Under the pieces are notes generated by a model. The model saw nothing but the letters and a program-made list of their open reading frames with translations, was not told the DNA's origin and searched no databases. 43,152 nucleotides of DNA from Folioceros fuciformis (taxonomy: Eukaryota): contig JBNGIO010005873.1 in the NCBI GenBank assembly GCA_049999805.1, forward strand, positions 100,765 to 143,916. Direction: 5' to 3'. Below, one piece after another: positions 36,184-43,152 of the stretch. The position numbers and the translations under genes were made by a program. Numbering within the stretch: the stretch's first letter is position 1; every line of letters begins with the position of its first letter.

Positions 36184-39100
36184 TTTATGCGAATTGCTCC
36201 GTAGTGAGATCCTTGGTAAGAATATCTGTAAGGGTCTGACTAGTGTGAACTTTGACAAGTTGTATCCTCTTGTCTTCCAACACCTTTCGAATGAAGTGAT
36301 ACTTCACTTTCTCATGTTTGGTCTTGGCATGAAACACTAGATTCTTTGCTAATTGGATACCACTCTGGCTATTACAATGCAACACTGGTAGCTCAACCTT
36401 AATCCCCAAGTCTACCACTAAACGAGCAAGCCTCAGTCACTACAACATACTCGGCCTTTGTGGTAGATAGCTTTATGCATGATTGCAAACGAGATCGCCA
36501 TGAGATTGTCCCTCCAATGCACATGAAGACATAACCTCATGTGGACCTCCTTTTGTCCATATCCCCTACATAATCAGCATCTGTATATCCCACGACAGAT
36601 GCATTTTCACTACCAAAACATATGCACAAAGCTTTTGTACCATTTAAATACCTTATAACTCCTTTTACTGCGTTCCAATGCTTCTTGTCAGGGTTTGATA
36701 TAAACTTACTAACCACTCCCACTGCAAAGGCAATGTCAAGACTTGTAGCAATCATTGCATACATCAAACTCCCTACAGTTGATGAGTATGGAACCTTCTC
36801 CATTTTAGCTTTGTCCTCCGCAGAGAATGGGCAATCCTTGCTCGAAAGTTTCACATGTGGAGGCAACGGAGTACTCAATACCTTCCCCTTCTCCATGTTG
36901 AAACGTTGAAGGACCCTGTTAATGTATTTAGTCTAAGACAAGTAAAGCAAATGCTTATGTCTATCTCGACGAATACGCATGCCAAGAATATGGCTAGCCT
37001 CTCCCAAGTATGTCATGTCAAAGCGAGCATTCAACTTTGACTTCAACGCTGAAATCTCATCACTGCTATTCCCATCAATTATCATATCATTCACATAAAG
37101 GACCAAAATGAATAAGCTTCCATCCTTAGCTTGCTTCGTATAGAAGCAATGATCCTCATCGCCATGTTTGTAGCCTTGAGAAAGCATAAATGAGTGGAAC
37201 TTGTAATACCACTCTCTGGGTGCCTGTTTCCAACCATAAAGGCTCTTCTTTAACCTGCACACCAAATTCTCTCTGCCCTTCTCAATGAAACCCTCTAGTT
37301 GCTGCATGTATACCTCTTCTTGGAGATCACCATGCAAAAATGCCGACTTCACATTCATTTGGACAAATTCCATGTCATTCCTCACAACCAAAGCAAGAAC
37401 ACATCGCAAAGTGGTCATTTTGACAACTGGTGAGAAAATCTCATCAAAGTCAATATCTTGCTGTTGCTTAAAACCCTTAGCAACCAATCGTGCCTTGTAC
37501 TTGGGTTTGCCATCATAGGGTATGACCTTCACCTTATACATCCATTTGCATGGTAATGCCTTCTTATCCCTAGGCAACCGAACCAACTCCCAAGTTCGGT
37601 TTCTATGGAGCGAATCCATCTACGATTGCATTGCCTTCTCCCACTTGTCCTCGTGAGTCAATGACATGGCCTCTTTGTAACAAGAGGGCTCCCCACAATC
37701 CGTCAGCATGACATAATCAAGAGATGCAACATACCTATCAGGAGGACATGAAGTCCATCCTGACCTACGAAACACATGCGCCTCAACCAAAGCTGGTTGC
37801 ACTCTCTCTTCTTCTACAAGTGGAGGAACAGGTTCCTGCACATCACGACGTTCAACCTGCCCGTGACGGTCAAGTCCATCTTCTTGGAAGACCACTCGTC
37901 GCACCTCCACAGTTGGAGTAGGCTTCTTGCGCACTTTGTTCTCATTGAAGAACACGTCATTGCTGCGAACAACCTTCTTGGCTTCTGGATCACATAAACG
38001 ATATACCATCTCACCAGAGTGACCATCGCCAAGAAAAATACATTTTTTGGACGTGGGTGCCAACTTGTCCCGAAACTTCTTTGAAACATGGTAATATGCC
38101 TTGCAGCCAAACACTCGTAGATGCTTGTAAGACGGCTTCTTTCCAGACCACAGCTCCTTTGGAACCTGCTTATTCACAGCCTTATCAAGAGATCTGTTAA
38201 TAAGATGCACCGCAATAGACACTGCTTCTGCCCCAAATCCGTTAGGCAATCCAAAGTTTCACGACAAACTACGCATCTCTCCTAGATGGTCCTGTTCATC
38301 CGTTCAGCCACACCATTTTGGGGAGGAGTATATGAGGCAGTCAATTCTCTCTTGATACCCTTGGAATCACATAATGACTCGAAAGCCTTCGAAACATACT
38401 CTCCCCCATTGTCTGTCCTTAAACACCTTAGTCGGAGGCTAGACTGATTCTCCACAAGGGTGACAAATTTCTGAAACACTGTCAGAACATCGTCCTTTTT
38501 CCTCAAAGGATAAACCCACACCTTGCGTGAGAAATCATCTATGAAAGGGACAAAATAAGATGCACTGCCTAATGATACAGTGGGCATAGGTCCACAAACG
38601 TCACTGTGAACCAATGCAAGAGGTCTACTTTTGTGTTTACCTCTTGCTCCATGTGGTGATTTCGTCTATTTCCCATACAAACGGTTCTCACACACGGAGA
38701 AATCGGAGAAGTAAAAAACAGGTACGTAACCAAAATGAGATAAGATCTTCATTCCTTTTTGAGACATATGTCCTAACCAACAATGCCACAGGGAAACATT
38801 TGGCTATTTCGTTACACAAATCACATGATCCTTGACAGTGGTTACGTGAAGTGAGTACAAACTGCCACACTTCGATCCATCAGTTAACACAAGAGAACCT
38901 TTGGAGATCTTCCAAGAACGATCTCCAAACCAACAGTGGTAGCCAGCATCATCCAACTGCCCTGTGCTAATCATGCTTTTGGTCAACTTCGGAACATGCC
39001 TAACATCCTTGAGTACGAATGAAGATCCATTGTCGAACTTGAGCTACACATCACCAACGCCTGCAATCTTGCATGCGTAGTTATTTCCAAGCCAAACACA

Positions 39101-40823
39101 TCCTTTCCTAGTAGCATCATAAGTGCTAAACCACTCCCTATGCGGAGTAACATGAAAAGATGCTCTAGAGTCAATCATCCAAATAGAGAATAAGTGACTC
39201 TCCACGGCTGTTAGTTGTGCAAAATGGAAGGAAGAAGAGGTAAGAACATCTCCATCATCAACAGAGTTCACCTCGTCACGCTTGACACATGGACTTTCCT
39301 TGTTGTCGCTCTGCTTCTTCTCGTTTCCTTTGTCCTTCCTGAACTTCTCGCAGTCCCTTCTGATGTGACCCTTTTTGTGACAATGATAACACTCAACATT
39401 GTTACGACTACGACATTTGCTACGGGAAAAAGTTTGCTCCTTGTACTTCCCCTTTGAAATGGACCTTCCTCTCACCATGAGGGCATTGGAACCTTTCGAA
39501 GGTTCCATATTCTTTCTGTTCACTTCTTCTGTTAACAGGCTATCTTCTACATTTACAATGGTGAGACTACTGGCAGGAGCGGAATTACTCAGAGTTGTAC
39601 GAAAGGAGTCCCAACTCTCTGGTAATGTGACCAATAGAAACATAACTCTCACAGAATCTGGGAATGAGATACCTTGAGATGAGAGCTAGCTGAAAATGAT
39701 ATTGAACTCATTAAGATGATCGGACATCCTCGTCCCTTCCTTCATCTTCAAATCCACCAGCTGTTTCAAACAGTACACTTGAGAAGCAGCACTTTGCTTC
39801 TCATAGAGGTCACACATCTTCTACCATAGCTCGTAACTTGTGGTCTTGTCTTTCACATTGAAGTAGACCGACTTCGAAAATGTTAGCATGATGGTAGATC
39901 TAGCAAGCTCATCTAGATCCTGCTACTCATCCTGAGTCATGCTAACTGGTTTCACACCTAGCAACTTTATGGGCTTGATCTGCTTTTTCTGCACTAGAAC
40001 ATTGTACACTTGTTCTTTCGAGAACGGGAAGTTAGTACCATTAAACTTCTCAATATTGAACATAACGTTTTTTGAGGACGTCATCATTCAAAATCGATAC
40101 AAATGAAACAAAGGCTAGTTAGAAATGGTCTAAATGTAATCTAGATTCTAAAAGTTATCTTTATGGTAATCACGCCTTATTCTGCATCGGCTGACACAAC
40201 TTGTAGACCTCAAACCATCGCATGAGTCTGTCCAGCACCACCGTTCTTTCCACGGCCGAATGCACTATTATTGCTGCCTTGCAGCATTCGGAACCCCATG
40301 ACAGCCTTTCTACTTCGCGGCGTCGACTGTCCTGCGACACTGGCTACCAAGGCTCGACGCGGTTTGACGCCTCCCTGCGCCCGTCTTCCTACGCCGAGCA
40401 TGGCAAGGCAGCCGTCCCCCCCAGCGGGACTGCTTGTGCTGTGGGGCTTATCCGCCCCGTGCCGATGGTGCGGCATCCGGCCTAGCGATCGCACGGCACG
40501 TCTGGGTGCCCCGCGGCCTGCGCTAGGCAGGGGGCCTAGCGCCCTACGCGTCGCGATAGCGCCCTCCCGGGTACCTCGCACTGGGGCAGGCACCACGTGC
40601 TGCGGAGTGGTGCGGCGGTGCCCTCCTAGGTGCCCCGCGTTGCCGCAGCCCATGCCTTAGCATGGCGGAGCTGGAGCTCCCTCCACCTCAGGCAGCAGGG
40701 TTGCCGCACACGAGCCCCCGAGATGCTGCCCTCACTTCGGAGCCTTCCTCACGACCTTGTTGCGCCTTTGTGCATCTTGTCTGCAGCACCTACAGCCATC
40801 ACCCTCTTGCTCCGCAACCTAAC

Positions 40824-40834
40824 CTTTGATACCA
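40824..40834 (-). other. Primer binding site (tRNA-iMet type)
   Basis: Minus strand TGGTATCAAAG, one mismatch to the canonical TGGTATCAGAG, adjacent to the LTR. Confidence 0.85.
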
Positions 40835-40836
40835 AT

Positions 40837-41108
40837 TGAAGGATCGCTAGAGGAGCCACATGATGAAGAAGGAGGGGACCCACATGATGAAGGAGAAGAG
40901 GAGAAAGCAAGGTCTCTCACATTATATTGCAAGGGAGCTTAAGAGGGTATTTATACCCTCTAGAAGAACTCCCAAGGAAGCTTCACAAAAAGCTCTCAAG
41001 AAGTTGTGCAAGAAGCTTCCTAAAGATTAGCTTAAGGTAATCTAAACAAACAATACTTAACTAGACACTAATCTTAGACTAAACACATTGGGTTTTAATA
41101 ACCCTACA
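40837..41108 (-). repeat. 5' LTR (272 bp) of the Copia element
   Basis: Minus strand reads TGTAGGG...CCTTCA and contains TATAAATACC. Followed after 2 nt by the PBS. Confidence 0.85.
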
Positions 41109-41814
41109 CGTCAGTCATGTTGGCATCTTTTCTCCCCACCAGTGTCCAATATTGTCAAATTGCTTGTCCAGGATCCTGATCTGGACATCGGCTTTCGTAG
41201 ATCTATTCCGGAGGGTATCGAGAGGACATGGAGACTTGACGTTGTGAGGCTAAGCTTTCAAGGTATCCAATTACACTTCATGAATGGTTGGTATTGAATA
41301 TTACAAATTATTATCCAGGGTGAAAGCATCATTCTTTCTCTTTTGTATCTCTCATGTACAATATTTTGTTCATACCGAAATTCTGAATTATGTTAATAAG
41401 ATGCCAGGGAGAATGGGTTCCCCGCGGCCGGAAGAAACGATGGTGATGCTGGCTGGCAGTACCCGAGGGTACCGTGAGGTCCACACAAACCCTCTATGAC
41501 GTTATAGCACTGGGATTCAATCCCATGGGAATGATTTGTGCCAAGTAACACAGGTTTCTTCTAAAAGTCAGCTTCTACCTAGGTCAGGCCTTGCCTACCC
41601 CCGGTTCTACTACCTGCTAGATCAACTACCCCTACCCCTCAGCTGGCCGAGCTACCACAGACCCTACTCTACAGCTCTAGACCTCACTCAGCTACCGGGG
41701 TAGGGGTCTCTACAACTACTGACCTTTCAACTACCAGTAGGGGCCTCCACCACCACGGCCCTTCTACAACCCCGATCCCTACTCAACAATCGCGGTAGTG
41801 GTCTCCATGATGGT

Positions 41815-42100
41815 AGTGGGTTCCACTACCGTGGTGGGTCCCACAATGACCGTCTTAGTTCCCCTACCCTGGTGGGTCCCACAATGACCGTCATGGTTCC
41901 ACTATTGTGGTGGGTCCCACAACGACTGTCGTGGTTCACTACCGTGGTGGGTCCCACAACGACCGTCGTAGTTCCACTACCGAGGTGGGTCCCACAACGA
42001 CCGTCGTAGTTCCACTACCGTGGTGGGTCCCACAACAACCATCATGGTTCCACTACCATGGTGGGTCCCATAACGACCGTCGTGGATTCACTTCCGTGGT
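41815..42100. repeat. 38-bp tandem array, about 7.5 copies
   Basis: Unit ttccactaccgtggtgggtcccacaacgaccgtcgtag at 41821, 41859, 41897, about 41935, 41972, 42010, 42048 and about 42086. No unique spacers. Confidence 0.93.
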
Positions 42101-43152
42101 CGGTCTCACCCCAAACCCTAACTAATTATTTCCGGCGCAGGCGCCGCCGCGGGTTTCCACCCACAGTTTTCTGCCTAGGCCTTCCAGACTCACAAATCTG
42201 AGTTATTCAATGCTTCTCACACATGCAAGTGCTGATCCATGAGGAACAAAACCTTGCGGATTAGCCACACCTCCCCACACACACATGCAACACTCCACAC
42301 ACATGCAAATCACACACAAGAGCTTTGGTTCACAGTTATTCTCACAGGCTTGCCCCCAAGGATCTCAATCTCCAGCAATGTTCCCAAATCTCCAGCAAAT
42401 CCTTCACAATCCTTCACCACTCCTCAAACTTCCTCACAAGCTTCAACAATCTCCCACAGCCGCTCACAAACGCTTCGAAATCTCTTAAAAATTCTCCAGG
42501 ATTCGCATCTAATCTTCAGCACTCCCTCTCAATCATACAACAATCTTTTCAGCCGTTTTCTCCAGTTCTCCAGCAATGTTCCCAACTCTCTAGCAATCTT
42601 ACAACAACCTCTGCAACCTTCCACAATCCTCCACAAACGTCCAAGGATTCCTCAGAAATTCCCCAGCAATCTCGTCCAAACTTCAGCCAACTATCACCCA
42701 ACAATTTCTCAGCGTTTCTGTTCAGTTCTCCAGCTATCTCGCAACAATCTTCCAAGGTTCTCTTTAGTCTCTCAGCTCTCTCTTCCTCACCAGATTCAGA
42801 ACGTAGCCGATGGTTCAAGGAATAAGGGAAGGAGAATCTCTCCCTCCACTCCAGTAGTGGTGGATTCGTCCCCCTGTCCTCAGCTACGGACCACAATCAA
42901 TCCTCACTCAATCCTTGTAGAGGGGAAAAATATTCGGAATCCCCTTTTTGAGTGACAGAATGTGTGGACTTTGTTTTTTTTTGCGAAAGTGTGAGGAAAA
43001 CGGCTTAGGTTGTGAATAATACTTGGGTATTTAGACCTAAAGTCTCCTTGGACCATGGTGTTTTGCATGGATTGGGCAGTCGGACCAGGTGTCTGGAAGA
43101 GCGAGGTCGTCCTTGGCTCTTGGCGAAGAGGGGGGTACCAGGAGGTCTATAT

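Larger units (their letters stand above)
36124..41108 (-). mobile_element. Degenerate Ty1/Copia LTR retrotransposon (Tnt1-like)
   Basis: Minus-strand order gag (start about 40087; zinc knuckle CYHCHKKGHIRRDC), protease (WMIDSRASFH), integrase (HSDVCGP, RTDNGGEY, PQNGVAER), RT (YKARLVAKG, YVNDM), RNase H (HAKTKH). Multiple stops and frameshifts. Flanks TGTCA (36119-36123) and CGTCA (41109-41113) look like a 5-bp TSD. Confidence 0.93.

Noticed and set aside
40210-40660. GC-rich ORFs between the PBS and gag
   Set aside because: They lie in the retrotransposon leader; openness reflects GC richness and no motif is present.
41815-42100. CRISPR-like regular repeats
   Set aside because: Units are head-to-tail with no unique spacers, there are no cas genes, and the context is eukaryotic.
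42239-42955. 238-aa Ser/Gln/Pro-rich ORF
   Set aside because: Several frames are open because of compositional skew; no domain recognised.

Overview
Gene-dense eukaryotic (land-plant) nuclear DNA with short GT-AG introns of about 70-300 nt. A hornwort origin (Anthoceros-like) is inferred from a DYW:KP/'GRP'-ending PPR protein and the compact genes; a fern or lycophyte is not excluded. Left to right: intronless bacterial-type serine beta-lactamase/AmiE-like hydrolase (+), AMMECR1 (-), LAZ1/TMEM184 (+), a repeat/MITE-like patch, GT92 galactan synthase (+), L-Ala-D/L-Glu epimerase (-), two paralogous box H/ACA snoRNAs not visible in the ORF track (-), PLS-E+ PPR (-), secreted KPEEKPYK-repeat wall protein (-), Ole e 1/PAC-domain protein (-), tropinone-reductase-like SDR (-), F-box protein (+), PPR-DYW:KP(GRP) protein with an N-terminal OSB-type PDF motif (-), CYP85-clan P450 (-), a decayed Ty1/Copia element whose remnant 3' LTR places two TATA motifs in front of the P450, and a 38-bp tandem array. 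Best leads: the PDF-PPR-DYW:KP fusion (candidate U-to-C editor with a putative ssDNA-binding module), the bacterial-like hydrolase together with the dipeptide epimerase (possible peptidoglycan turnover), and the snoRNA pair. All family calls come from motif recognition by eye; no searches were run.
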